IMG/VR virus record: IMGVR_UViG_3300025099_004028
Coordinates: 1 to 34,260 of that record
DNA from: a virus
Taxonomy: Duplodnaviria; Caudoviricetes
Direction: 5' to 3' (one strand)
DNA length: 34,260 nucleotides
Numbering within the stretch: the first letter of the stretch is position 1; each line of letters starts with the position of its first letter. The notes under the pieces are model-generated. The model saw only the letters and a program-made list of their open reading frames with translations, was not told the origin of the DNA and did no database searches. Positions 1 to 9,306 of the stretch are shown here, piece by piece. A program made the translations under genes and the position numbers.

Positions 1-1176
1 TACCTCCCTATTGAACATCCTGACGTAAAAGAGTTTCTTCGTATTAAGAGTGAAGGCAATGCGATTCAAGACATGTCTTTCGCTGTGACTATTACAGATG
101 AATGGATGAAATCAATGATTGGGGGCGACTCTGATAAGCGTCAGATTTGGGCTTTAATCATCAAGAAGAGGTTTGAAACTGGCTATCCATACTTATTCTT
201 CCAAGATACCGCCAACAATAACGCACCAGAATGTTATCAAGACAAAGACATGAAGATATATGCTTCTAATCTTTGTAATGAGATTAGCTTGCCTTCAAAA
301 GAAGATGAATCTTTTGTTTGTTGTTTATCTTCTCTGAATCTAGTTAGATGGGATGACATTGTAGAGACTGACGCTATTGAGACATTGGTTGCGTTTCTTG
401 ATGCAGTAATGGAGGAGTATATTCTAAAAACAAAGCGCATTCCCTTCATGGAATCTTCTCATAACTTTGCTAAGCGTCACAGAGCTTTGGGCATGGGGGT
501 TCTTGGTTGGCACTCTTATCTACAAAGCAAAACGATTGGGTTTGAAAGTATGGAGGCTAAAATGCAGAATAGTTCCATTTGGAAGACTATCCGTAGTCGT
601 GCAGATGAAGCGACAGAAGAATTGTCGCGAGGTTTAGGGGAGCCTATGTATTGTGAAGGGTATGGTCGTCGAAATACGACCACCCTAGCTATTGCTCCAA
701 CTACAAGTAGCTCGTTTATCTTGGGTCAGGTTTCTCCATCTATCGAGCCTCTCAATGGTAATTATTTCACCAAAAATCTAGCCAAAGGAAAATTCACCTT
801 CAAAAACCCTTACCTCAAAAAACTCCTATCTGAAAAGGGTCAGGATAATCAAGAGACTTGGATGAGCATCCTTGAAACTGGCGGTTCCGTCCAACACTTG
901 CTCTTCCTTTCGGATGAAGAAAAAGATATCTTCAAGACCTTCGGAGAAATCAGCCAAAAAGAAATCGTTATTCAAGCGGCCCAAAGACAAAAGTATATTG
1001 ACCAAGGGCAATCTCTGAATATCATGGTGGCTCCAAAAATTCCTGCAAAAGAAGTTAGTGAGTTAATGATTTATGGCTGGGAAAACGGATTGAAGGGGTT
1101 TTATTACCAGAGAAGCGCCAATCCTAGTCAAGAATTAGCAAGATCCATGATGGAATGTAAATCTTGTGAAGGTTGA
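1..1176 (+). CDS. nrdA: Ribonucleoside-diphosphate reductase class I alpha subunit (5'-truncated by window edge)
   Basis: Frame is open from base 1 (YLPIEHPDVKEFLRIK...). Contains the catalytic ASNLCNEI (NxCxE) motif, VCCLSSLNL, IAPTTSSS, the YY pair (GFYYQRS) and a C-terminal CxxC (ECKSCEG). Confidence 0.95.
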   Translation, partial: YLPIEHPDVKEFLRIKSEGNAIQDMSFAVTITDEWMKSMIGGDSDKRQIWALIIKKRFETGYPYLFFQDTANNNAPECYQDKDMKIYASNLCNEISLPSKEDESFVCCLSSLNLVRWDDIVETDAIETLVAFLDAVMEEYILKTKRIPFMESSHNFAKRHRALGMGVLGWHSYLQSKTIGFESMEAKMQNSSIWKTIRSRADEATEELSRGLGEPMYCEGYGRRNTTTLAIAPTTSSSFILGQVSPSIEPLNGNYFTKNLAKGKFTFKNPYLKKLLSEKGQDNQETWMSILETGGSVQHLLFLSDEEKDIFKTFGEISQKEIVIQAAQRQKYIDQGQSLNIMVAPKIPAKEVSELMIYGWENGLKGFYYQRSANPSQELARSMMECKSCEG

Positions 1177-1190
1177 TTTCATTTATATCT

Positions 1191-1203
1191 AAAATAAGTG
1201 TAA
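1191..1203 (+). promoter_or_regulatory. Candidate phage-specific promoter motif AAAATAAGTGTAA
   Basis: 12/13 identical to AAAATAAGCGTAA at 24592-24604. GTGTAA ends 11 nt before ATG 1215. Confidence 0.35.
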
Positions 1204-1214
1204 AGGAAAATACA

Positions 1215-2189
1215 ATGGAGTTGGACTTTTCTAAGAAAATTAAAGAACTTTTGGAGCAATCTGAAGCTGCAAAGCGTGGTGGCCCAAAAAGTGGAGCGCA
1301 AACTCCTGCAAAACCATCAGAGCGTAAAAAAGGTTCTAGTAAGAATAAGAAGGGTTCTGCTGGCGGGAAAGGAGGCTCAATTACATTTTCTGCAAAAGTT
1401 ATCACTTCTCTTAAAAATAAAGTTAAGGAACATAACGAGAAGCACTCTAAAAAAGTCACCCTTGGTCAACTAAAGAAAATTTATCGTCGCGGTGCTGGCG
1501 CTTTCTCCTCCAGTCACCGCCCCGGAAAGACTAGGGGTCAGTGGGCTATGGCTCGCGTTAATATGTTCCTTAAAATGGTTAAGGGGGGTAAAGTCAAAAA
1601 GTCTTACCGCGCTGCTGATCAAGACGTAGCGAAAGGCTCTGAAGAGTATTACCTTGAGAAAGAGGGCGAAGCTTTTATTGATTTTGCTAATATTGAGTTT
1701 GATGTTGCTCACCTTGATCTAGTTATGGCTGGGGCTAATGAGTGGGAGCAAGATGATTCAACAGAAGATCTTGAATATACAGAAGCAGAAAAGAAAACCT
1801 TGAATAAGCCTTTCCGACTAAAAGACGGAAAAAAGAAGTATGGGGTTTATGTAAAAAACCCAAAGACTGGCAATGTGATTATGGTTAAGTTTGGTGACCC
1901 TAATATGGAAATCAAACGGGATGATCCAGCTCGTCGTCGTAGTTTTAGGGCTAGGCATAAATGCGATACAGCTAAAGACAAAACGACTCCTCGTTATTGG
2001 AGTTGTAGGTTTTGGTCGAAAAAACCTGTTAGTAAGATGGTTTCTAATGAAGTCCTAGCTTGGGACGAAGAAGAAGTTTATAGTGAGTGGGTTTGGGATG
2101 ATGAAGGTTTTGCTGATCATCAAGATTTATTAAACGCTTTACCTTTCTTAGAGAGCGTACGAGAAATCATTGAAGAAGAAGAGATTTAG
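1215..2189 (+). CDS. Phage hypothetical protein with two basic conserved modules (DUF5824-like and DUF6321-like) and acidic linkers
   Basis: ATG 1215 follows AAGGA. Modules are LKKIYRRGAGAFSSSHRPGKTRGQWAMARVN and VKFGDPNMEIKRDDPARRRSFRARHKC...RYWSC. DUF names are from recall. Confidence 0.6.
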   Translation: MELDFSKKIKELLEQSEAAKRGGPKSGAQTPAKPSERKKGSSKNKKGSAGGKGGSITFSAKVITSLKNKVKEHNEKHSKKVTLGQLKKIYRRGAGAFSSSHRPGKTRGQWAMARVNMFLKMVKGGKVKKSYRAADQDVAKGSEEYYLEKEGEAFIDFANIEFDVAHLDLVMAGANEWEQDDSTEDLEYTEAEKKTLNKPFRLKDGKKKYGVYVKNPKTGNVIMVKFGDPNMEIKRDDPARRRSFRARHKCDTAKDKTTPRYWSCRFWSKKPVSKMVSNEVLAWDEEEVYSEWVWDDEGFADHQDLLNALPFLESVREIIEEEEI

Positions 2190-2197
2190 GGTATAAT
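2170..2197 (+). promoter_or_regulatory. Sigma70-like promoter at the start of the glycan island
   Basis: TTGAAG (2170-2175), 16 nt spacer, TATAAT (2192-2197); ATG at 2209. Confidence 0.5.
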
Positions 2198-2208
2198 CAT
2201 GCATTAGC

Positions 2209-3009
2209 ATGAGAGATATCATAGCCGTTTATGCTTTGTGGCGCGATAGCGAGCCACATATTGTTAAAACTTTAAGTCAGTTAGAAGATTTAGAGTCTCT
2301 TGACTACGATTTCGAGTATTACTTTTACGAGAATGACTCAAAAGATTCCACTGTACCTTTGTTAAAGCAGTGGCTGGAGAAAAGAACCCATAAGTTTCTT
2401 CATGAAAATTTGGATGCAGAAAGTTTTGGCAGTGTCCAAAATAAAGAGAGGATGCAAATGCTTTGTGAGTTTAGAAACAAATGCAAAAATCTACTCAAAA
2501 ACAGTTCTTCTAAGTATACATTGATGGTGGACTCCGATGTTAACTTTGATAAATCCAATCTAGAGTCACACTTAGAACTGATAGAAAGATTAGAAGATGC
2601 AGTGTTGGTCACTCCAAATGTCAGGCAAAACATCCCAGATTACGCTTTTGGAATATCTCCAGATTCCTACTATGATGTTTACCCTCTGCTAGACAAATCA
2701 AACAACAGGGGGTTATATTGGACAGATTGTCCATTTAAAAATGGATTGGACAGAATGAACTGGTCTCTAGGAAATGTAATCAAGTGTAATTCAGCTTTTG
2801 GAGGCTTCGCTTTATCTTACACAGATATAATTAAACAAGTAAAATGGTCAACTGACGGAGAATGTGATCATGTTAATTTTTGTAAGGAACTGTCAGCCTT
2901 TGGTTCTATTTATGTAGACCCCAAAAACAAGGTTAATGTCGAGGTCGATTTATCCAAGCATGATTTAAATAGATTTAAAAATATAGCCAAGCAGCAGCTT
3001 AATGCATAA
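2209..3009 (+). CDS. GT-A fold glycosyltransferase-like protein
   Basis: YENDSKDST, DxD-type VDSD, YYD, SAFGGFA and CDHVNFC motifs, typical of viral/bacterial GT-A (CAP59/Anp1-like) proteins. Confidence 0.65.
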   Translation: MRDIIAVYALWRDSEPHIVKTLSQLEDLESLDYDFEYYFYENDSKDSTVPLLKQWLEKRTHKFLHENLDAESFGSVQNKERMQMLCEFRNKCKNLLKNSSSKYTLMVDSDVNFDKSNLESHLELIERLEDAVLVTPNVRQNIPDYAFGISPDSYYDVYPLLDKSNNRGLYWTDCPFKNGLDRMNWSLGNVIKCNSAFGGFALSYTDIIKQVKWSTDGECDHVNFCKELSAFGSIYVDPKNKVNVEVDLSKHDLNRFKNIAKQQLNA

Positions 3010-3751
3010 TTCAGAAATATCCATAATAATCACAGGGCCAATAGACGATAGGACTTTTGAGGCTGTGGATAGCTATTACAGTCAAGGATTTGGGGAAGTG
3101 ATTGTTTCGACTTGGGAAGATGAAGATTTAAATTTACTTAACAAGACTAGCAAGGAATATAAATTAGTATTAAGTAAGTATCCACAAAACCTGCGGGAAA
3201 TCAACAACCAAGGCTGTCGTTTCTTTCAAGCCTTTACAACTTGGAAGGGCAGTAGGTTAGTCACGAAAAAATACGCTATAAGAGCTAGAAGTGACGAACT
3301 CTATCCAGACCTCTCTAAATTTGTAGACAACATGAGGGAAAATCCTAAGAAAGTTTATACTACAGATAATGGGTTCTGGAAAATTCATAACTTTTGCTTT
3401 TCTTCACATCTGTTTGGTGGTGAGTCTGAAGTAATCAAAGATGGATGCTTCATGATGACTCTAAATGCAGAACAAAGCTTCTTACCAAATATACAGTTAG
3501 ACTACCCAGAACAATGTTTTGGTTTTTATTTTTTATTGGCTAATGGTTGTGATATAAGAACCAAGCCTTGGAAACAGGCGTTTTACGAAAACGTATTTAT
3601 TACTCCGTGTAAGGATCTACCCGGGCATCTACATTCTGGACAATCTTTTACTGGATACAAATTTGTAAGGCATACGGATTATCCTGATAATAGACCTGAC
3701 AACCATCAAAGAGAGCGGTTATATCAATCGTCTGAAGAATTTTTATGTTGA
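3002..3751 (+). CDS. WavE-like lipopolysaccharide synthesis / glycosyltransferase-like protein
   Basis: ISIIITGPI, EVIVSTWE, Q..TT and RARSDE match the WavE pattern (VVQGP / ILSTW / KxRSD). Confidence 0.55.
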   Translation: MHNSEISIIITGPIDDRTFEAVDSYYSQGFGEVIVSTWEDEDLNLLNKTSKEYKLVLSKYPQNLREINNQGCRFFQAFTTWKGSRLVTKKYAIRARSDELYPDLSKFVDNMRENPKKVYTTDNGFWKIHNFCFSSHLFGGESEVIKDGCFMMTLNAEQSFLPNIQLDYPEQCFGFYFLLANGCDIRTKPWKQAFYENVFITPCKDLPGHLHSGQSFTGYKFVRHTDYPDNRPDNHQRERLYQSSEEFLC

Positions 3752-3775
3752 CTTTTTTATGAAAATGGCTACTAT
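3748..3775 (+). promoter_or_regulatory. Sigma70-like promoter upstream of first neuB (leaderless-type)
   Basis: TTGACT (3748-3753), 16 nt spacer, TACTAT (3770-3775); ATG 8 nt later at 3784. Confidence 0.55.
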
Positions 3776-3783
3776 CTTTAGTA

Positions 3784-4617
3784 ATGGAAAAGACTTATAT
3801 CATCTCAGAAATTGGCATTAATCACAATGGAGATTTAGATACAGCTAAAAAGCTTATTGATATTTCGGCTGCTGCTGGTTGTGATGCGGTAAAATTCCAA
3901 AAGCGCAATCCAGATGTTTGCGTCCCAGAACATCAAAAGTCTGTCATGCGCGACACTCCTTGGGGAGAGATGACATATCTTGATTACAAATACAAGGTTG
4001 AGTTTGGCAAAGAGGAGTATGATGAGATTGACCGTTACTGCAAGGAGAAAGGTATAGCTTGGAGTGCTTCACCTTGGGATTTAGATAGCTTAGAGTTTCT
4101 TAATCAATACGATATCCCTTTTATTAAGATTGCATCTGCGAGCATTACAGATAAAGAACTTCTAAAGAAAACTTGCGAGACTGGTAAAAAAGTAATTATC
4201 TCTACGGGAATGAGTTCTGAAGAGGAGATTGATGAAGCTGTTGATATTCTAAAAGCTCACGCTAAGGATTACGCAGTCTTACATTGTAATTCGTCCTACC
4301 CAGCCCCAATAGAAGAATTAAATCTTTCTTGTGTTAAAACTCTAAAAGACAAATATGGTTGCCAAGTTGGATACAGTGGACATGAGTTTAGGCTTGGCAC
4401 TACTGTGGCCGCAGTTTATCTTGGGGCAAGTATTATTGAACGTCATGTAACCCTTGACAGGACTATGTGGGGTTCTGATCACATGGCTTCGGTTGAGCCT
4501 CAAGGTCTTTTCAAGCTCGTTAGTGGAGTTAGAGAACTAGAACAATCTTTTGGAGATGGCAAGATCTCAGTTACAGAAACTGAAGCGGAAGTAAGAAAAA
4601 AACTCAGGAATAGTTAA
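3784..4617 (+). CDS. neuB: N-acetylneuraminate/nonulosonate synthase family protein, short form without C-terminal SAF domain
   Basis: ISEIGINHNGD, DAVKFQKR, KIASAS, IISTGMS, LHCNSSYP, GYSGHE, IERHVTLD, GSDH; 277 aa. Confidence 0.92.
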   Translation: MEKTYIISEIGINHNGDLDTAKKLIDISAAAGCDAVKFQKRNPDVCVPEHQKSVMRDTPWGEMTYLDYKYKVEFGKEEYDEIDRYCKEKGIAWSASPWDLDSLEFLNQYDIPFIKIASASITDKELLKKTCETGKKVIISTGMSSEEEIDEAVDILKAHAKDYAVLHCNSSYPAPIEELNLSCVKTLKDKYGCQVGYSGHEFRLGTTVAAVYLGASIIERHVTLDRTMWGSDHMASVEPQGLFKLVSGVRELEQSFGDGKISVTETEAEVRKKLRNS

Positions 4618-5396
4618 TGAGTCTTTACAGGAAAGACATTTTCCAAGGAGGCTGGTTCTCTTTCCAATCTAAAGTTGAAAATTGGACTGAAGTATCTCAA
4701 AAATTACGAGATGCTTTCTTTAAAAGTTTTATGTTCGATGAAGTCTTTGGAGAGACTAAAACAACTGATGAGTTATTTATAAAATCTAATATTGATTTTA
4801 GCTTTGTAAAAGACAAGTCGGTTTTAGTTATTGGTGGTGGCCCATCATCTAAAAACCTGACAGACGATCAAATAAAATCTTATGATTTAGTTTTTAGTTG
4901 TAATCACTTCTTTAAAAACGACTCCCTAAAGAAACATAAGGTTCATGTAGCTTTAATTGGTGACGAAGTTGATTTTAACGACCCTGAGTTCTTGGAATAT
5001 GTAAACAATCATAATCCCATATTAGGCTTTGATCATTCTGCCAGAAGGCCAGCTTTTAACTTGTTAAAGCTTGGAGAAGCTTACCCCTTAACGTTTATTT
5101 GGTTAACAAGATATTTCTCAAGGCTTGGTTATGTCCCTAGAGCTTGTGTATTAGCTAAGTTATTTGGGGCATCAAAAATAGATTTTATAGGTTTAGATGG
5201 ATTCAAAACTAATGAACATTTTTTTGAGAAGGATAAAAAGCCTCCTCCATTCAATAGTGTAAAAGAGTTTCAAGATCAAATGCGAGTATTCTGCGAATAC
5301 ATGTTAAATGATTTAAAAATCGACTCTGAAAATTTTAATGATCTATCCAGTGATAATATTTATGAGGGTATACTGGATAATGTAAAGCAGTTATGA
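4617..5396 (+). CDS. CstII(GT42)/Maf-like putative nonulosonate transferase
   Basis: VLVIGGGPSS, VFSCNHFF and IDFIGLDG resemble CstII VIIAGNGPS / VFRCNQFY / IYLSGIDF; lies directly after neuB. Confidence 0.55.
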   Translation: MSLYRKDIFQGGWFSFQSKVENWTEVSQKLRDAFFKSFMFDEVFGETKTTDELFIKSNIDFSFVKDKSVLVIGGGPSSKNLTDDQIKSYDLVFSCNHFFKNDSLKKHKVHVALIGDEVDFNDPEFLEYVNNHNPILGFDHSARRPAFNLLKLGEAYPLTFIWLTRYFSRLGYVPRACVLAKLFGASKIDFIGLDGFKTNEHFFEKDKKPPPFNSVKEFQDQMRVFCEYMLNDLKIDSENFNDLSSDNIYEGILDNVKQL

Positions 5397-6172
5397 AAAC
5401 AGCATTGTGTTATAGTGGGCAAATTGGAGCTTTTGACAAAGCTTTAAATTCGCAAAAGCAATCATTCATGGATGATGTGGATGACATTTACGCATATACA
5501 TCTAATGTTGTTTCTCACAAGACTTTGAATAGACCTCAACTTAAGCCTAGTTCAGAAGTCTATGAGTATCTAAAGTCGGGGGAGGGTTGGAGAAAAAACC
5601 AACCTTCATATGGAATTGTTTACAAAATTGATGACTCCCAAGTTGAACACTTGCTATCTCTTGTAAAAACAAAAAAACAGTTTATAGAAAATGAATCTTT
5701 AGAAGACACGTTAAACGATTCAAACATGTCTAAGTGGCAATGGCTTCGGAAAAGGCAGTTATGGAAAATGCATCAATGCCATCAAATGATTGAAGGCAAC
5801 TACGATATTATTATTCGGTGTAGGTTTGAGTTTAATCCTTTCGTAAACATTCCTGTAAAGGATATTTACAAAACACAATTCAATTCTGAAAACAAGATAT
5901 TTTTATTTGGTGGATGGAGTTGTGTAGCCCCAATGATTTTCATGGACGAGATGTTGTGTGATGGTTTTGCCTTTGGCTCTCCTCGCGTTATGGATATATT
6001 TAGCTCTTTGTATCTCAAGAGTGAACCATATCCTTACGATCCAAAATACAAAGATTGTTGGGATAGATTTGGAGATAACGTCGAATATCAGTTGCGAGAA
6101 CATTTAGAAAAACATGGTGTTGAGATAGTATATCTTGGCGACCAGAGATCAATGTACCACTTACAAAGATGA
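5393..6172 (+). CDS. Putative glycosyltransferase-like protein
   Basis: KTALCYSGQ...YDIIIRCRFE...DGFAFGS...E.QL pattern, as in phage/viral glycan-cluster proteins. Confidence 0.45.
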   Translation: MKTALCYSGQIGAFDKALNSQKQSFMDDVDDIYAYTSNVVSHKTLNRPQLKPSSEVYEYLKSGEGWRKNQPSYGIVYKIDDSQVEHLLSLVKTKKQFIENESLEDTLNDSNMSKWQWLRKRQLWKMHQCHQMIEGNYDIIIRCRFEFNPFVNIPVKDIYKTQFNSENKIFLFGGWSCVAPMIFMDEMLCDGFAFGSPRVMDIFSSLYLKSEPYPYDPKYKDCWDRFGDNVEYQLREHLEKHGVEIVYLGDQRSMYHLQR

Positions 6173-6966
6173 ATACCTATAAAGAACACTACAATTTATG
6201 CAAAAAAACTTTCCAAGAAAGTTGTGCGAGCGGTTATAATGACGTTTATGATCTCAGGTTAGATCAGGAAATATTTGAAAAGGACGAAAAGTATTTAACT
6301 CTTGTAAAAAAAATAGCAGAACAAGTTCACCATAAGCTTAATAACAAACAAGATGTTTTAGAAAATCAGTGGGCGACACATTTAAATGGATGGCGAGATA
6401 TACCAGAGCTTGATGAGTTGTTTTCCACTATCATGCCAGAAATTGAAAAGAAGGTATTTAAATCAAACGCCCAAATAGAAATTTTACACTGCTATAGAAA
6501 CAAGCCCGGAGTTAATCCTGATAGCTCATGGCTTTGGCATTATGATGACTGTCCAGATCAGTTTCTTAAATTGGTTATCTATCTAACTGATGTAACAGAA
6601 GATAACGGATGCTTTCAATATCTCCAAAATAGTAGTGGAGAATTTCCTATGGTCCCGACAAACAGGACTCACCCAAGACACAATGGTCAACCGTTCTTTT
6701 TTAAAGGCAAGAGGATTCCACCACAAGAAACTCAAAACAGAATCGATGAAGGTTACGCTATAAATAGTTTAGTTGGTAATGCTGGAACCTACGCATTGAT
6801 GCATCCTAATATTTACCATAGAGCTACTGTTCCCTCGGCGGGGTCTAGTCCTAGAGAATGTTTATTCTTTTTTATTAGGCCAGCATTAACAAAAAGAGAA
6901 TCTTACTCAGAAGGAATCTCTTCTATCATCCCAGAGAGGAACGTAAAAAGGTATCAGCTAGACTAA
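6169..6966 (+). CDS. 2-oxoglutarate/Fe(II)-dependent dioxygenase (PhyH-like)
   Basis: HxD (WHYDD), LKLVIYLTDVTEDNGCFQY, distal H (YHRA) and downstream R. Confidence 0.75.
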   Translation: MNTYKEHYNLCKKTFQESCASGYNDVYDLRLDQEIFEKDEKYLTLVKKIAEQVHHKLNNKQDVLENQWATHLNGWRDIPELDELFSTIMPEIEKKVFKSNAQIEILHCYRNKPGVNPDSSWLWHYDDCPDQFLKLVIYLTDVTEDNGCFQYLQNSSGEFPMVPTNRTHPRHNGQPFFFKGKRIPPQETQNRIDEGYAINSLVGNAGTYALMHPNIYHRATVPSAGSSPRECLFFFIRPALTKRESYSEGISSIIPERNVKRYQLD

Positions 6967-7553
6967 TGAGAAAAATATTTCTAGATTGTGGTTCAAATGA
7001 TGGTTGTAGCGTAAGGAAGTTTAGACATCTAAAAGATAAAGACAAAGAGTTTGAATGTTTTTGCTTTGAAGGGAATCCTAAACTTTTTAAATACCACCCT
7101 GTAGATCATCTCTGTAAATTTTATCCGAATATTGTTTATGGTTCAGATGAAGTTATTGAATTCTACATACAAGGTTCAGGCGGGGGAAGCACAACGAGCA
7201 AAAAAAAATATCAAGGGTATCTAGATAAATATAAATGTGGAGTTGAGAAGGTTCAATATCAACCAGTCATCTTGTCAGAATTTATAAAAAATAACTTCAG
7301 CAAAGACGATCATATTATTCTTAAGCTAGATGTAGAGGGTGCAGAATATTCAATTTTGCAGAACATGATTGATACTCAAGTATTATCCTATGTAAATGCG
7401 ATATATATTGAGTGGCACACTGGCAAAAAAACAGATCATGAGAACTGTAAAGGTTTCATAAAGGAATTTAACAATATTTGTGGGGCCATGAGTATTCCTA
7501 TAGACCCATCTTGGGATGCACAACAAAAAATTTATTCACCTAGTTTAAGATGA
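6966..7553 (+). CDS. FkbM-family SAM-dependent methyltransferase
   Basis: FLDCGSNDG, FEGNP, LKLDVEGAEY, IEWH. Confidence 0.85.
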   Translation: MRKIFLDCGSNDGCSVRKFRHLKDKDKEFECFCFEGNPKLFKYHPVDHLCKFYPNIVYGSDEVIEFYIQGSGGGSTTSKKKYQGYLDKYKCGVEKVQYQPVILSEFIKNNFSKDDHIILKLDVEGAEYSILQNMIDTQVLSYVNAIYIEWHTGKKTDHENCKGFIKEFNNICGAMSIPIDPSWDAQQKIYSPSLR

Positions 7554-8338
7554 TTTATCCACCAGAAAAAACTTGGGATCGTTTTAATGATAGAAAAGAA
7601 ACCCCTTTTGTTTCCACTTCAGAAAAATTTGCTAACTCTATCAGGGGTGTTAGATGGCTAAAAAAACAATCTGTAATTCACGAATCTGAATATATTTGCA
7701 ATGGTCAGTATGTATATCAAAAACTAGACAATTTAAATAAATTTAAAGATAGTAAAATACTAATTATCGGAGGAGGTCCAACAGTAAATGAATACGACTG
7801 GGACCATAAAGATTATGATTATATTTTTTCACTACACAATTTCTACCAATCTGACTTGTCGTCTAAAATAAATATTGATTTATATTTAATAGGTAATCAG
7901 ACAAAAGCTTTAAGCCCTAAGTTTTTAGATTATGTTGATGGCAAAAATACCATTCTAGCTATGGAAGACTTAGAACTTAAACGTCAAATGGTTCATGAAA
8001 TACAAAAACGTTACACTGACAGGTCTCTTCTTTGCTCATGCAGAGCGCAATTTAAATCTTTGGGTGCTTCGCCAAAGTTGATTACATTAGCTCTGAGTTT
8101 GGGTGCAAAACAAGTTGATTGTATAGGCGTAGATGGAGTGCCTAAAAAATTCAACAAAAAAACAACCGAATACAAACACGCTTTTGATAAGACAGGTTGG
8201 GACAAAAACTACTCACATGAATCTTATATTGATCAATTTAAACTTTTTTCTCTTTACTTAAAGCATTATTTTCCGTATAGTATCGTTAATAATTTAGGGG
8301 TAGGGCATCCATATAATTGTTGGCATCAAATACAATGA
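7550..8338 (+). CDS. Second CstII/Maf-like putative nonulosonate transferase (paralog of 4617-5396)
   Basis: ILIIGGGPTV, FSLHNFY, VDCIGVDG; same motif order and length as 4617-5396. Confidence 0.55.
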   Translation: MIYPPEKTWDRFNDRKETPFVSTSEKFANSIRGVRWLKKQSVIHESEYICNGQYVYQKLDNLNKFKDSKILIIGGGPTVNEYDWDHKDYDYIFSLHNFYQSDLSSKINIDLYLIGNQTKALSPKFLDYVDGKNTILAMEDLELKRQMVHEIQKRYTDRSLLCSCRAQFKSLGASPKLITLALSLGAKQVDCIGVDGVPKKFNKKTTEYKHAFDKTGWDKNYSHESYIDQFKLFSLYLKHYFPYSIVNNLGVGHPYNCWHQIQ

Positions 8339-9306
8339 CAATGTGTAATAAAATACTAATTACAGGTGGCACAGGGTCTCTTGGCAAGAAGCTTGTTGAA
8401 AAGCTTTTGGTAAAAAATCAAGTTGTCATATATAGTAGAGATGAAGGGAAGCAAGCTTCTATTTTTAACGACGATACAAATGTAACAAAAGTTATTGGTG
8501 ATGTTCGTGATTTTGATAAGTTCAATACAACTTTAAAAATCCACAAACCAGACTACATCATTCACGCTGCCGCATTAAAAAGAATTGACGACATGGAGTT
8601 TCATCCAGATGAATGCATCAAGACTAATGTTAATGGAAGCGATAATGTCGCTAGAGCAGCTATTGAAAACGATGTAAAAAAATGTATCCTTGTATCTACA
8701 GACAAAGCTTGCCTTCCTGTCAATGTTTATGGTTCTAGCAAGTTTATAGCGGAGAGGATTTTCACGAACTACGATTACAATTCTACTTCAACTATTTTCG
8801 CCTCCGTACGTTACGGTAATGTAATTGCCTCAAGAGGATCGTTTGTCCCGCTATTTATGGATTGGATCAAGAATGATCGTGAAATTAAATTAACATCTGA
8901 GTCGATGACTCGTTTTCTTTTTACTTTAGATGACGCTGTAGACGCTGTTCTTGGAGCTTTGAAAAACAGCAAAGGTGGAGAGGTTTTTGTTCCTCAAATT
9001 GACTCGTATACTCTTCCTACTTGCGTAAAAGCTTTAGAGTTATTATGTGATAAAAAAGCAAAGACTAGAGTTGTTGGTCTTAGAGCTGGTGAGAAACATC
9101 ACGAAGACATGTTAGCTAAAACAGAATTAGATTTTACTTTTCAAGTCCCAGATCAAAACCTTCTTCAAATACGCCCTCAGTATACCAATAAGAATTATCA
9201 AGATTGGGAAAAGTATACTGGGCCAGAGTTCAATTCTTCACTTTGGGTTAGGGATAACATCGTAGAGTTGGCATCTTTGATAAGGAGGGGTATAAAATCA
9301 TCATGA
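8335..9306 (+). CDS. UDP-GlcNAc 4,6-dehydratase (PseB/FnlA family)
   Basis: ITGGTGSLG, SRDEGKQ, GDVRD, HAAALK, STDKA, YxxxK (YGSSK), RYGNVIASRGS, MTRF, GEK.HE. ATG 8335 overlaps the upstream TGA. Confidence 0.88.
   Translation: MTMCNKILITGGTGSLGKKLVEKLLVKNQVVIYSRDEGKQASIFNDDTNVTKVIGDVRDFDKFNTTLKIHKPDYIIHAAALKRIDDMEFHPDECIKTNVNGSDNVARAAIENDVKKCILVSTDKACLPVNVYGSSKFIAERIFTNYDYNSTSTIFASVRYGNVIASRGSFVPLFMDWIKNDREIKLTSESMTRFLFTLDDAVDAVLGALKNSKGGEVFVPQIDSYTLPTCVKALELLCDKKAKTRVVGLRAGEKHHEDMLAKTELDFTFQVPDQNLLQIRPQYTNKNYQDWEKYTGPEFNSSLWVRDNIVELASLIRRGIKSS

Noticed and set aside
6169-6966. TET/JBP-type DNA hypermodification dioxygenase paired with glycosyltransferases
   Set aside because: The motif context (WHYD, LxxxIYLTDVxxxNG) is PhyH-like, no DNA methyltransferase is adjacent, and the neighbours are surface-glycan families. 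Not strictly excluded.
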